Under the pieces are notes generated by a model. That model saw nothing but the letters and a program-made list of their open reading frames with translations. It had not been told where the DNA came from and did not search any database. A program made the position numbers and the translations under genes. Below, piece after piece: positions 35,601-50,141 of a stretch of DNA of 64,000 bases; position 1 is the stretch's first letter; every line of letters begins with the position of its first letter. Source of the stretch: Chlorokybus atmophyticus (taxonomy: Eukaryota > Plantae > Mesostigma and Chlorokybus algae); the NCBI GenBank assembly GCA_009103225.1, contig RHPI01001132.1:1-64000 (forward strand), in the 5' to 3' direction.

Positions 35601-37925
35601 TTATGCAATGTGTGCACGTATGCTCATTCGAAGCTGCGCACTCGGCGTGCATACAGCTTTATGTTGACGCATAATTGGTCTAACACTGCATGACTTCCGG
35701 TATAACCTGTGACTTCCCACAAGCTTGTGTGAGAGTCACAAAGCTACATTTATTGTGGTGTGCTTATGCAGTCCACAATATACAAAGTGGACCTGTCTGC
35801 TGAGTCCGCGGAGCCGTCGGTGTTTCGCTCCGTCAAGATAGAGGGCTTCGATCCCGATGCGTTCGAGAGCACGCAAGTGTTTGCTAAGAGCAAAGACGGA
35901 ACGCGGGTGCCAATGTTCATTGGTATGACACAGTTGGCCACTTCGCTTATCTGCAATTGCCTGTCTGGGATGTATCAATTGTATTCAACACTGTAGACTA
36001 AGCATGTGAATGTTGGCCTCTAGTGTTCAATTGTGTTGGGAGGCACCGTTGCGAAACTGCCGGTTGTGGCGTTCATGTGTTGCTTTCAAAAACCATCTTA
36101 CAATTGATGAAGTGTACATTTCATGCAGTGTCTAAGAAGGGTTTGGCTCATAACGGGGACAACGCCACGCTGTTGTACGCATACGGCGGCTTCAACATCA
36201 GCATCACGCCGTACTTCAGCGTGTCGTACCTGATGTGGATGCTGCATTACAATGGCGTCCTGGCAGGTATGTGGTTGTATCATTAATACCGACATTGTTT
36301 TTCTTGTGTGGAGTTAAAAGAGTCAGGGTTGGCCTTTGTGTGCTGTGTGTCCGTGTGCGTGTGCGCGCGCGCGTGCATGTGCATTGCAACAACAAGTCGT
36401 TTGGTTTCCAGTTGCTAACATTCGAGGTGGAGGCGAGTACGGTCAAAAATGGCGAGATGCGGGGTCATTGGCAAACAAGCAAGTAAGTCTCAGCTTCTTG
36501 CGCATTGTCTCCAGTCATGAGCGCCTTCTCTGAACTCATTTTCTTTACGATAACATGTTACTGTGTATGGCAGAACTGCTTTGATGACTTTCAGAGCTGC
36601 GCAGCGCATTTGGTGGAGAACGGTTACACCAAGCCAAGGTGGATAAAGAGTCCACACAGATGTTATAAGTTTATGCATGCATAGTATGCGTACTCATCAG
36701 TGCACTGATTGCAGCAAACTTGGCATTATGGGAGGTAGCAATGGTGGTCTGTTGGTAGGCGCTTGCATCAACCAAAGGCCCGATCTGTTCGGCTGCGCCA
36801 TCGCACATGTATGGTTGTTCCGCAAACCCCGTGTATTTCACCAAGCCGGCATTGTTGTCAACTGCAAGTTCTGTTGCTTCTAGCATCAACCGTCCTCTTG
36901 CGCTGTTTGATACTATTCTGTTTGCACATGTTATTATAGGTCGGTGTGATGGACATGCTTCGCTTCCACCTGTTTACCATAGGTAAAAGCTGGCAGCATC
37001 TTCATATCACCACGTCATGTGTTGTGATTGGTTTACATACCACTCACTGCCCTTCACGACTGCAGGCCATGCATGGACCACAGACTACGGTTGTGCCGAC
37101 AAGGCAGAGGAGTTCTCATGGCTCATAAAGTAAGCAGTTGGTTGGCCATTGCATCTTGCCAATCTGTACATGTGCATGCAACTTGCGACTTGTTTATTAC
37201 GTCTCAACTCCGCAGGTACTCACCGTTGCATAATGTGCGCCGGCCAGAGAGCGGTCAGTACCCGGCAGTCATGCTTCTTACAGGTAAACGCATACTACAG
37301 CGTGTTGTTCGCATTTGCCATTTGAACAATACGCTTCAGCTCTTTGCATCGTGAAGCATGCACCACTGCACAACATATGCATCAGTGCAACATAAGACTG
37401 CCAGGTCTGGTGCGTAAGGCATAGATGCTGTAGGCACTCTAAGCTTAGCTGACGTGTGCGCGCTCGTGTGACAGGTGATCATGATGACCGCGTGGTGCCT
37501 CTACACACCCTCAAGTTTGGAGCGGTAAGTGGTGTTGCTGCTTACATGTGCTAGTGTGATTGCATTACTCTATAAGCCATCATCACTCTATATGCAGTCA
37601 TGTTGGTATGTGTTTGTGACTGTGTGCAGACTTTGCAATACGAGCTGTGCGGGGAGGGTGCACGGGAGTGGCGCGGCCGCCAGACCAATCCCATTGTGAT
37701 GCGGATTGATGTCAAGTCGGGTCACGGCGCCGGCAAACCCACTGCCAAAGTGGTAAGCACAAGTATAGGTGTATCCCAGCAAGTGCTCGGGCCATGTGGT
37801 TGCTGGAGATGGTTGTTGTGTGCACACGTCATGCTTGTGGTTGACTGGAATGCCTCTAGATTGAGGAAGCTGCGGACGTGTATTCATTCCTGGCGAAGTG
37901 TCTTGGCCAAGACTGGGTGGAGTAA
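32614..37925 (+). CDS. PREP: Prolyl oligopeptidase (prolyl endopeptidase, family S9A), multi-exon
   Basis: [11 protein letters not shown]-terminus, beta-propeller exons, [14 protein letters not shown], catalytic GGSNGGLL (36731), TG|[19 protein letters not shown]; stop TAA at 37923-37925. Confidence 0.95.
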
Positions 37926-38516
37926 TCGTGCTCATACTGGCAGCAGCACTTGATATTGAAGGTGGTAGGTCTCAACTGTTTCAATGAGAGAGATTGCGGA
38001 CTGCAAGGACATTTACTGCAGTGCACCTGCCTTACTGAAACATGGTACTGTTGCATGTGCTCTCTTCTCCTCCGCAAACTGTTCAATCTGAAGACGGTCT
38101 GATGTGGTACAGTACCGCCCACACGCACTCGTGTCTGAGCGCTAGCGACAAAGTGCATATTTTCTCCTTTCCAATTCGTTTCTAAACAGGTGGAAAGACT
38201 ACTGTAAATGTAAGACATTCATATACATCAACATTTCTCATTACTGGTACGGAGTGTCCTAAGTCTTGGTATTCACTATTCCCAACAATCAGAGACCCAG
38301 TTAACAGTTTATGTGTAGAAAGCAACTTGCTATGCATGTGATGATCTAAAACAGTAGTCTTCGGGCTAGTACATATACAACAGCTTTCAACGATACGCGA
38401 ATGCTTCAAGGCTAACAACCTGATGGCATTGCCTCCGTTTACAAAAGACACATATAGCTGTCTACTTGTAAATATTAATGCAAAGACAAAGCGCGTATCA
38501 CAGGCAACAGTGATGA

Positions 38517-41500
38517 TCACTGCGCCCCTTTCCGTTTCCCGCTGCGTTTGCCTGTGATTGGCCCCGGACACACGCCAAGCCGATGCGCATGCTTGTCAAG
38601 CAGTTGTTGTGTCACAACGCTTCTCAGCACGAACTCGCTCGTGTGTACGGGAACGTCTGCCGCCGCATACTGCTTACACGACACCATGTCCGCCTCGCAC
38701 GCCACAACCAACACCTTGGACTTGTTCTCGGCCTCCGTTGGGTCATCAATGACATCCCCACCGGCGGCTTTGATGATGGCCGCGACGTCTTCCGCGCTGG
38801 GGTTGCTCACACCAGGCGTGATGATGAAAGAGAGACCGGCGAAGACGGGTCCACGCCTCGCACGCTGCAAGCTCTGCTCCATGCTGAAGCAGTGCTGCTT
38901 CTCCTGCCTCTTGTCGCAAAGCAGATACTTTGAAGCGTCCTGAAACGACCCCAACCGAGAACTCGCCTGGCAATAAAGCCTTTTTAAGTATGCAGACGAC
39001 ATTATCTGTGACAATGACAATATGCATAATGATAAGCAATGGTGACAATGTTGACCAGAGTGATGGTAGCATCACTCATACAGTAACAGCAGAAGCATTA
39101 GAATTGCAGATACCAGCTGTAAGGTGGTATACAGAAATCCACTTTCACATTGTATGATAGTTGCACAAGTTTACTCACCTCTACCCAGCCTGGTCTTACA
39201 ACCCACACGCCAGCTGCTATGGCCGATAGCATGTGGACCGTTCTCTTGAATTCCTGCGCGACAAAGTGCGTGCAGTCGGTCACCAACTGCGTGATCTCCG
39301 CGCCGAGCCGCTCCGCCTGCTTGACGAGCTGCAGGTTGTCTTTCAGACTGGTGCTGAACAGCACGCGGATGGGGGTGTCGGCTGCTGCTGCCACTGGCTG
39401 TTGAGCATCGAGCTTGTGGGCCCGTTGCCGCTTGACGGCGGGCTGATCCTCCACCACAGGACTGAGCAAGCAACAAGAGGTTAGAGCAAGCTCGTAAAGT
39501 AGTGACACGAACTTCGCATTGACTTGGCACTGTGTATCAATCAACCGTGCTTGGTCTATCATAGCAGCTAATAAAAAGTCACTTGAAGCAATGAATAATA
39601 GAAAGGCTGCCTTTCCAGCCCGCATGCATGTTTTACTGCTTGAGGCGGCAAAGATTATTTAATTGTGTTCTCGTCAGCAGTGTGCAACATGCGTCACACC
39701 TGGGGGTTTGCTGAGCAGCAGCAGCCCGCCTAGTGCTTTGCGGCTCATCCGGCGTGTCTTGGGCAGCTTCTGGAACCGCGATTGAAGATGGTCGTGACGC
39801 CTTGGCTGCTGGTTGTTGCTTGCCTTTGCGCTTGCGGCCCATAATCATACGCGGAGTAGGCGCACCGTCATTGCCATCCACATCTACCGTTGTCGCGCGC
39901 TTTGTTGCAACTTTTAAGGCAAAAGGATCTGCAAAATATGCACAGGACCTGCTAAAACCTTGCCTTGTATAACAACCTGCACCTTTGTGCACTGGATACA
40001 TGAATCGTAGAAATTGACATGGATGCGTATGCGGACAGGTACATATGCGCGCACGCATGTGCACCCACGCATATTTACACACATGGACCCACACGCGCAC
40101 ACGCACACGCACACGCACACGCACACATGTGCACACCATGTGCGCATGCCAAGCCTTGTACCTGTGGCAGTGTTGACCTCAGTGTCAGGTACGAATGATG
40201 AGGGCTCAGCCAGTGCCACATCTGCAACGCCAACAACAGGAGCATTAACTCCCACAGGCGCTTCCTCCAAGTCCGTAGGCGCTGCGTGAGCAAGAGCGTT
40301 GCCAAAGGAAAGACGCCTTTCTGCCACGGATGGAAGCTGCTGGATGAGGACGTTCGCCACGTCTTGCGTGCAAGCCCCAATGGGCGATCCATGCGCAGGC
40401 GGATCTGGAATGCTGCCACTGTCTGTATATACGCATACGCACATGCACATCAGCACTCGATTTTGCCAATTGGATAAGCTTACAAGCTCATCAGCAGCAT
40501 TCTTACCAGGTAGTTTATGTTCTGGCTTCGGTCGCCAAAGTGAGGCTACAGGAGCGGAGTCTGGAGCCTGAGAGCTGGTCACAGCAGCAACCATGCCAGC
40601 CACAGCGTTCAATGCTTGGTCGGCAGCAGCGGCGAGTTGTGACGTGTCCTGCAGATAAAGTGCTCAGCTGGACAGTGGACGTGTGAACTGTTTTGTACTT
40701 GTTAACAACCAACACAAAGAGTGTGCCATGCTCCGTTGTGATGATAGTCGGTACCTGAGTGTCCAGAAGCTGCGCTTGTGTATGTGTGGCATAAAGTGGC
40801 GCAGGAGCAGTGTTAGCTGCTTGCATGGCTTGCAAGGGAGCGCCCAATGACTCCATTTCCGTGATGAAGGCACCTGCTATGTTGTTATGCACATCAATGG
40901 CAGGAGCCAACTTTGCGTCATCCACACCATCATCGGCACCAGCATCGCTCATTGTGGTTGCATCGGAGGCTGATGAACTCGTGTCGGCCTTGCCAACCGG
41001 CCCTGCAGCAGTCTCAGCAGGTTGTTTGTATTCGTGTTCGTGTTCTTCGGCTTCCTCATGCGCGCCGTTTGGCATATCAGGTGCATGTGCATCAGAACGG
41101 TAGCTCGTAGTGTTCGCAGTTCCGAGAGCATCCGTGTTGAGTATGCTTGGATAGTAGGATGATGGGGGGGTGGCACCGTCTGCTTGATCTGCAGCACACA
41201 ATGTTTTAGACTAACGCATCACAGCATTGCTTTCTGATTGCAACAGTTGGTGCAAAGAAACGATTTGTGTCTGTTAGCACCTGCAGAGTCTGGTGATGCG
41301 TTACTTGGCGCAACAGCTGTCTCAGCAAACGCTAGTCTTGATCCGCGTCGTTTGAGAATTGCCGGTGCAGATGGCTTCTTTGGGCTCTGGACATAATGGT
41401 CGCAGTGCTGCGTTAGTCTCTCAAAGTGTTACATCACTACACACACAAAGGTACAAGTTGCGCGATTCGTGAGACATCAAGTCAACACCAAGTTGATATC

Positions 41501-43158
41501 TTACTCAAGGCAAAGAACAGTGGCATAAAGCACCTGTGATGAATTGGTGAGCACCAACTGTTCGCTGCACAGCAGAGGCTCATCGCTGTTGGAGTTGGGT
41601 ATTGACTCCTGAGTGCCTGATCTGGTCTCAGGTACGTTGTCCATCTGTTGCGGCGGGACTGAAGCCAACTCTTCAGCTGTGACTGTTGCAGCTGGCACCG
41701 TGTTAGGGACTTCTCTTGCATTGACAACAGGCAAAATCTGCGTTTGTTCTGCTGTTGCTGCGGGTGGCAACGCCTGGACCCCCACATCCACAATCTGAGT
41801 CTCCTCAGCAACCGCACACACTCCCCTGGACTGCCATTCGCGCAATGAAGAGATACGAGCGAAGGTGCGGCTCTGGCCAGCTGGCACGGCAACTGCAGCT
41901 GGCACATCACCTGCATGTGGTGGAAACTGACTGTGTATATGAGCGTGCTTCCATGCGTGCGTGCGTACACTTGCGCTTTTGCGCGTGTAAGTGAGGGCTG
42001 CACAGGCAGAAGAAATCTGCCATTACGGACCTGAGTGGTGAGGTTCACGGGTCTCACTCTCGGTGTCCTGTTTTTCTAATGCGCTCATGTTAAGCTGCAG
42101 GCGTGAAGGCTGTTCACTCTCAAACATTGATGACTCCTGCGAGAGCACAAACAGGCAGAATCAAGTCTTGCCGTGATGTCAGCGCATCAAAACCGTCGAC
42201 AGCACTGCATTGGTACCTGACTCTTCCTTTGCAGCTTCAAAGACAGCTGCACATCCGCAAGAAACAGTATGTCACCGTTGTAAATTGAGTGGGATCTGTA
42301 GGGCCGCAAGCGCTGTCTTGAACCGCTGGCTGCTTCTGGGCTTGCAGACTTGAGCCAAGAACCATTCTTGCTCCCGAGGTCCATTACGAAGCACTCATGA
42401 TCGTCAACATCTGCAGCGTGCACATGGTGCTTCACATGTCAGTAAGTTGAGAGAAAGAAAGACTGTAGGTGCGTGCGTAATAATATGTATGAGCGTACAT
42501 GCACTTCTATAACTTATGTATGTTTATAAGTACAACTAAATCAATCTTACATTGGCGTTGACTCACCAATGCAAACATGTCTTGCTGACAGCTTGGGTGA
42601 CTCAAGCAGGATAGCATTCTGGCTGCTCGGGCCTGCAGAGCGCCAGCTTTCTGCACGGACGGTGTCTCTAGCTTGCTTCACTGATTGTCTTCCAAGAATG
42701 TTTGGACCTGCAATATACAAGCACAATCTTTACTGCGCAAATAAGAATGAAGTTGACAAGGACGCAACCATGTCAAGATTTTGCTTACCATGGCGGAGTT
42801 GAAAAGATTGTAGCTGACCGTTGTTGAACAGCTGCACGTGTACCACCTACCACGCATTCCACTTTCGTTGTGCACATGTGCGTGGTGAACAGTGTACACG
42901 CAAGCATTGTGCAAAGCAAGGTGTCTTGTCAAGCTCACACACATTGTCAGCAACAGAAGGGGTTCATAGCTACAAGGGTACTGCTGCAGCTCTGAGTGGC
43001 TCCCCATGCATTCGTTGCACATGCTATCGACACAGCAAGCAGCCTACCAGCTGCTCCTTCCGCTCCGAGCTGTCGTCCTCCTCATCGTCATCGCTCAACT
43101 CGTCAATGCTCTGCGTCTCGTCCTCGGAAGAGACGGCAGGCGATGGCGACGACACCAT
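38517..43158 (-). CDS. FHA + tandem BRCT DNA-damage mediator (MDC1/PTIP-like), multi-exon
   Basis: N-terminal FHA motifs (KLSARH, VMDLGSKNGSW); long acidic, low-complexity middle with TQ motifs; C-terminal paired BRCT (RVLFST...CTHFVAQEFKRTVHML...WV; FAGLSFIITPGV...IIKAAGG). Internal exon boundaries are only partly resolved. Confidence 0.75.
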
Positions 43159-43665
43159 GGCTGTGTTATATGTACGCCGCCTTCACCACCTTTGCTGTAT
43201 ACTAACAATGCACCACACCCGCACCTCATCGCCCACCAGCGCCACCGACGCCGCCCAGCTTTGCGGCAGACTCGCACACAAACTTGCTTTCAGCTGTCCA
43301 AGCGTACAAGCTTGAAAGCTGCTTGAGCTTGCCAGCTCTTTGAGTTGAGATCTACAAGCACACGAGTTAAGCCTTTAATGCAAGATTGTGCTCGGGCGAG
43401 CTTTAAGGTTTAGCTTTGGCTGCTTTGCATTGGCAAAGTTGTGCGTCAAACAAAGCACTGCACGCGCTTCACAGTAGCTTTCCGTTTCAGTGCAGCCTCG
43501 CTACCTGAAGCTGAATTTTGGCGTACGCTTGGTTGCAGCCTGACCACGCATAGCTGAGGTTGCACGCAGCTCAGCTGAGCTTCAAGCTTGCATGTTTAGC
43601 AGAATTACTCTCCAAGACACTACATTGCACAAAAGGGCCACACAATTACTGGTGATATTGTTGAC

Positions 43666-46600
43666 ATGGATGAACGGCCGGTGCGGCGGCGGCGGCGGCG
43701 GCGATGGCACGGACTGACTGGTGGAAGCTTACTGAAACTGGTCGTAGTAGTATTGGCTGCAGCGCAGGTGCGCATGTTGTCCGCAAGCGGAGCAGCTGAA
43801 GGTACTTGCTGGCTGTATGCTGTTCGCTCTGCATGAAAGCTGTCTAGTTGGTCGGGCACTGATGATGTGTTTGTGAAGCTTACTTTGTAATGAAGATTCG
43901 ATGGTGCACATGTGTCCAACTCAGTGTTTCTGTGAAACAGCAAGTTGTGTTGATGGGTCTGCCAAGTGGGAGGATGAGCTTGCTGCACTGAGTCGTCTTG
44001 CCGGCCTCCAAGGGCAGAAGATTGCAGAGTTGGCGCAGTTGCAGCAGCAGCAGGAACAACAGTTGGTGAGATTGCGTGCAAAGGTCAGTAGTTAAATCAA
44101 TGCATGCTTGCCTTGCATTGTTTCTCTTCCCGCATGGATGCATTGAGCGCAGCTTGAACTCGTGTGTAGCCAGAATACAACGTCATGCTCGACACCAATC
44201 ATGTTCATGAATACAAATGCACCCACTTCCTTCCATATCCAGTGCTGAACCGCTAATGACTTGTCGTGCGATACCACAGTTGCTGGATTCAGGTTATGAA
44301 CATGCCGGGCCAGTGTGCGAGGCCAGGCTTCTCTGTAAGACAGAAGAGGGCTGCCCGGCCGCCATCCCCGCTGTTCCAGACGCCATGTTTCCAAGCACGG
44401 CAGCTACCCAGGTGCTATGCTGCTTGCACGTTTGTTATGGGTTGTGGTGTTCCTGGCGTTGGTTGTCATTCATCAAAGAAACATCCTAACATCCAACAAC
44501 CCACACAAGTAACCTGTGCAAGTGCTTCGAGTTCGTTGCTAGCTTATTCACCATGCTCTTGAGTGATCCAGGCTGGGTGAAAGGTTGTCAAGTGCAATGG
44601 CTGCATGAGAGACGTGTCAATGCTTCTGTGTCACTGTCACTGACGCGCAGACACATTGGGAGCTCCCCCCGTGCGTGTCCTCGCAGTTTTTGTTTCTTGC
44701 TCTCAATACCTCGCTAGAAGACTATCCACTCTGATGCTTGGCAGCATGGCGACATGGTGTTTCATCTACTCTCACGCAACTTGCTGTTGCGTCTGTATGC
44801 AGATAGGCGCAGGAGGAGTGCTCGTGCCACGGTCAGCCCCATTCGCCGCAGCCGTGCGTGCCGGTTTCCCGGACTACTTCAAGATGCTTGCTGCAGCACG
44901 GCTGCCACACGATATCACTGCGCTCGCACAGTTCCCGCACCCTTCTCGTAAGCGGCGTGATGAACCTGCACGCTACTTAATAGCTGGAGATGCCGCGGGC
45001 AGCGTGCACGTGATGCACATCAGGTAACACATGCAACATGACATAACCACATGTCACACGTTACCTGGCAAAGCATGCAACAGCCCATTCCATGAAAGCA
45101 GCAAAGAGACGAGCTTTGAGTCTTATTGTTCGTGCACGAACAATGAGTCACAAAGCTTGTCTTGTCATTGTATAGGGCTGAAGTGTTATAGTAGCGTTCG
45201 ATGAACCAAGATTTTGCCATGCTCCTGCAGTCGCGCAGAGGTGGCGTCTTATGGCACGGGTGCTTCGGGATCTGACGTGACCGCAATGCACGCATTCGTG
45301 TCATCAGTCAACCAGACCACCCTTGTGACCGGGCATCAGGACGGGCAAGTTCGCGTGCATCGGGTCAGCGAGCAGCTGGTCCAAGCGGCGTTAGAACCTG
45401 AGGACAATCAGTACGGGCTGGAGTTCCAGTTCCTCACGCCTTTCCTGCCACCCAATCCAGATGTGGTACGCCAGCGTTGCGCCTAGTCATCAACATGTTG
45501 TGTTGTTGGCTCTCATAGATCCCCGCGTTGGTTGTGCATTTGTCTTGCATGCTCTGAACCATCCACAGTCATGACTTGAACTTGCTGTGTAGAACCATAC
45601 ATGGGCTTCATTTGCTTGTTGGTTAGGCCCTACCGTGCGTTATGGGGGGGGTCAATGGATATCATGACACACATTTGCTTGGCAGGCATTGTCATCACAA
45701 GACGGCGCCAGTCATGAGCAACAGGTGCATGGAGGTCACGTCTAGACTGAGCCACACTGGTGTGTAGCTGCAGAGTAGTAGAAATCAAGCTGCTTCATGT
45801 TGTGTGCATTTCTTGCGTCAATGAATGCTTTTCCAGGTGCACACTTCTCAGACACATGTCTGTATGCTTTATGGCACAGGGCCAAGCCGGCATTTCCAGC
45901 ATGCTTGTTTACAGGTTCCATCATCGCCAGTACTTGGCTGCAGCCAACAGGAACGGTCTCATCACCATTATGAATGAAGATGGCTCCATTGCCGGCAGCA
46001 TTCAAAACACCGGACCTGTCCTGGCGTTCAAACCAAGCCAACATGTGGTGAGTGCAAAGGCTCTGAAACCCTGATGCATGTCTGAAGAAACAGTAATTAA
46101 TCATAAAACAAGCAAGTGACCTATCTTGCAGGTGTCTTTCGTGTCGAGTACAGGTGTTGGCACTGTGAGCGTGCCTGAAGTGCAGCTCAGCTCTGCTGCG
46201 TGCAGCGGCACAAATGGGTCCACGTTTACGGTGTGTACATCCGATGCGGTGGTGTCATCGCGCATGTACTGTGTTGGTACCGCCAACAAGGAGATCGGAG
46301 AGGAAGCCTTCCAGCTTTTCATGCTGTATGTATCACTCGACCAGCGCAAGCTGGAATGTCGCGCGCGGTACGCTCGTCCAGTGCCATTTGTTTATGAAAC
46401 TACTACTACTTCACCTGCGATCCAGGTTTGGGTGGTTGCTCTACTCGCATCAGCTCTTGAACCTGCCAGTGGTTTGCAAGCAACGCACTTAGCTGTACTC
46501 TGTGGTCGTCGGCAGGTGATTGCGGACTACTTGGTTGTTGCCACAACAGGGCATGTTGCCGTGTACAACATCACAACAGGCATGCCACGCCAGGTATGCT

Positions 46601-47327
46601 CACGCCTCCGTTAAGTTGTTGGGTGCACGCTGCATGTTGCAGTTGTCAGAGCTCTTTGCTACAGGTGCTGTTGAGCAGCATGGAGTCATTGACCAGCTGG
46701 CTGGGAGAAGATGTGCGCCCGTCCCAATACCCGCTGCTAGTCACCGACGGGCAGCACCGAGTTGCGCTTGGCTTCGCATCCGGGCTCTTGGTGGTGTTTG
46801 AGTCTCAGCTGCCAAGGCATCAGCCGGTTCACTTTGGCACCAAGGTGACAACTTCAGATACTGTCAGTCATCACAAGCCCTCTTGCAACCATTGTATGTA
46901 CGCTTGCGCAAATGCTTGCACGTGCATGTACATGCGCGCGCAAGCACGTGTGATGCGCGTGCGCGCTCATATGTACATGTGGCAGCATGTGTGCATGCAA
47001 GCAAGCGACTTGTGGCTCTTCAAACGCTGTTGAATTATCAAACAGCAGCCAAACAGCGGGCTGCACTTGATTGAACTCGTGGTTCAATGGCAGGTCTGGA
47101 GCAGCCCTTTGTTCATCGCGGTGGTTGTCCTTATCGTGGTTTACCAGTTTACGCGCATCACGCAGCGAAGTGGTCACAGTGTTGTGGACGACCTGACGGA
47201 CATATACAGTGCTTACTCCGGGAACACCAGCAGGCAGCGCAGAGGGAGTAGTAGAGTGAGAGGCAGTGGATCAACAGTTGACCCGGACATGCGCGCCATC
47301 CTGGAGCAGGCTTTGAGAGACTCGTAG
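43666..47327 (+). CDS. Type I membrane protein resembling Arabidopsis At1g75140 (signal peptide, short coiled coil, beta-propeller-like body, C-terminal TM)
   Basis: Signal-like LLKLVVVVLAAAQ; Gln-rich coiled coil; LIAGDAAG, LVTGHQDG; LGFASGLLVVFESQLP...|VWSSPLFIAVVVLIVVYQF matches my recollection of the family's WSSP-TM motif. Confidence 0.65.
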
Positions 47328-48917
47328 TGACTTGCTTTGGACTTGTTGTTTCTTGACAAGTCAATTATTCCTGTTTCCTCGTTGATAGGCATGAAAGTGT
47401 CAATAAACTCACGAATCCCCTTTGGCTGTCCAACCCAGGCACAGAGTACCAGGTGCACGTCTTGGTTGTCATGATTCGCCAAGTTGAAACTCAACTGCAA
47501 CAAGTACCGTGCAGGTCAGAGCAGAATGAAGCTCAAATATGCCTTAAGCTTTGAACATGCAATGCACGTCATCATGCATAGATGAACCTGTCCAGCGTTC
47601 CAAGGACAGTGCAATAGAACGTATTGGGATATCTGATACACCATACGCCTGCCATGCAATGGCAGTTACCCTCATGCAACCATCCACCTCACACGTTGTT
47701 ATTCTGTAGCGTTTATGCTGTGCTTGTGCAATGGCGTGGCAGTGAATATAAGGGGTATGGTACGGTGTGTACAACAGAGATGATATGCTAGAATGAGCGA
47801 GTCGCAGACATGCTACCGTAACCCTTGCATATTTGTGCACATAGTAGACGGTATCCATGACATGCTTCTGTCTCTCAGCCTTTCTGTTTGGCAATGTCTG
47901 GCACTGCTCGTCGCCTGCATGTCTACCTGGGGCAACAGTGCAGGTAATGTGCTGTGTGGTTGCGGGTAGTTTGTTGTGTGATATTTAATAGAGGTCCAAG
48001 GTGTCTACGTTATCACACACTATTGACAGTGTTGACTGTTACTCTCAATGATACAGGTGTATTCAGTTTCTGTGCACATAGCTTGCTCCGAAGTTGGTGC
48101 TGTCTGTTGCCTACACCTGTCTTGTGCATGCATGCTTTGCATATGCAAAAACAATGGCAAGATCATAGCAGCAAGCAGCAACAGCTACACAACAACGCAA
48201 GCAACCCCAGCAAATGGGACCGATTGCATGTGAGGTATAGGCGTATGTAGTATATATAGAGCGCATGCTTAGTAATGCTGATGAGTGCAAGAAGGTCAGT
48301 TAAAAAGTACAAACATGCACGCAATGCAATGTTTACCGTTGCAACAAGTGATCCATGGTCAGAGCATTGTCACAACACATACGTGGCCTACGTTTGTGTA
48401 CACCTAGACGCAGTCGCTGTGATTAATAAACTACACACACTTAGGCATGGTCGCTGAGGATCATCAATGTGTCTAATAAGGGGATGCAAGACAATCAACA
48501 GTTGGTGCCAACCAATGCACTGTAACCAGACATTGAGACAACGAGTGCAGAATACAGGTCAAAATCATTGACCTGTATGCTGCACTGGTTACAGGTTAGC
48601 ACCTAGAACTCAACAAATGCAACAACTCAAAAATCGCAGTAAATCAAATACTAAATGCAGTGTGCTGCTTTTGTGTGCAAAGCCAAGGTATATCCAAATC
48701 GACTGAGGAGCAACCAACGCAACAATTGCGCAGATTCTATGTTACAGAGACTATCTATCAAGCAGTTCAAAACAGCTGCCAGAGCCCTATGTGGTTGCTG
48801 CCACCCAACTGCTCCTGCTGCAGTGCTCCTGTCTTTTCAGCATAGTAGCTGGTGGAGCTGGGGTATATGAGCTAATACTGACTATCTACAGCTGCGCCTA
48901 GTTTTACGGTAGTGGCG

Positions 48918-50141
48918 CTAGTAAGCGTGATGTGCAGAGACGCGCATGGTGGGTGACATCAATTCGCTCTGGCTAAGGCCAGGACTCTTGGAGTCTTGGA
49001 GCGCGCTTGAAGGTTTTCCCGACTCCTCCATCACTTCCAGCAGATCCATCTGCAAAAATGAAACATACATGCTTAGTTCGCTGCATGCACACAGTAGCAC
49101 ACAGCACTTGTCCCAAACATCACTGTCCTCTACACTAAACAGGACAGGCAGACACAGAGTGCCACCTTCTCCAATACAACTGCTAAAATGCAAATGTCGC
49201 AACTTCATTGGACTAATGAACGCAGGAAAAATGAGGACAGCCCCCCCTCCGCCCCCCCCTTCCCCTCCCCCGNNNNNNNNNNNNNNNNNNNNNNNNNNNN
49301 NNNNNNNNNNNNNNNNNNNNNNNNNNNNNNNNNNNNNNNNNNNNNNNNNNNNNNNNNNNNNNNNNNNNNNNNNNNNNNNNNNNNNNNNNNNNNNNNNNNN
49401 NNNNNNNNNNNNNNNNNNNNNNNNNNNNNNNNNNNNNNNNNNNNNNCCCTCCCCTCCCCTCCCCTCGTAATGCACCACCACACACAAACAATAGCTTGGC
49501 ATAAGTTTAACCGTATGTGCTTACCCTCTGCTGGGAGCAAGACCGCTGGGAGAAGGAGATTGGGCAGGACGTCAACGGTGTAATGGGAAGGGCTTCGCAG
49601 TTGCAGATCTCAATCATATTGTTGTCGGGGTCGTGGAAGAAGAGCTGGTGCACACGCACAGGACCTTCAACAACAACCTGGCGCTTGTAAGGCAGTCCAT
49701 GTCTTTCCAACGCAGACGCCAAAGAGTCAATGGAGTCGGACTGGAATGAAAGGTGGTCGTTCAGGGGATCGATTTCTGGGGATCTTGGCATAAGTGTGCG
49801 GTCATTGCCCTTGATAAGATGGATGCCAATACCATAGTTGAACAGCCTGGACAAGACCACTCATCAGCTCATTATAAACCGACTAACAAACGTAGCGCAT
49901 GCTGACTGCATGAGCATACAGGAAAACCGATTCAAGAAAACCTTACTCACCAAGCGCCGTCAAAGTCGAACGCAGCGTCAGGTCGCTTAATTGGGACAAA
50001 GCCAAGGATGTCGCGGTAGAAAGCCAACGATTTTGAGACGTTTGAGCAGGCGCGTGAGATGTGGTTTAGCGTACGCACGGGGAGAGGGGGTGGCACCTGT
50101 CCTCCTCGGCCTCCCAACTGCTGTCCTCCAGCTCCTTCCAT
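48918..50141 (-). CDS. VOC/glyoxalase I-like protein (lactoylglutathione lyase family)
   Basis: TLNHISRACSNVSKSLAFYRDILGFVPIKRP...FDGAW|LFNYGIGIHLI...NDHLSFQ...HQLFFHDPDNNMIEICNC; probable third exon 48918-49049. Confidence 0.9.
49273..49446. other. Assembly gap (N run) flanked by (CCCCT)n-like tracts, inside an intron
   Basis: N run with poly-C/CCCCT flanks. Confidence 0.97.

Noticed and set aside
49245-49470. G-quadruplex-like (CCCCT)n flanks
   Set aside because: Most of the tract is an N gap, so its length and sequence cannot be assessed.
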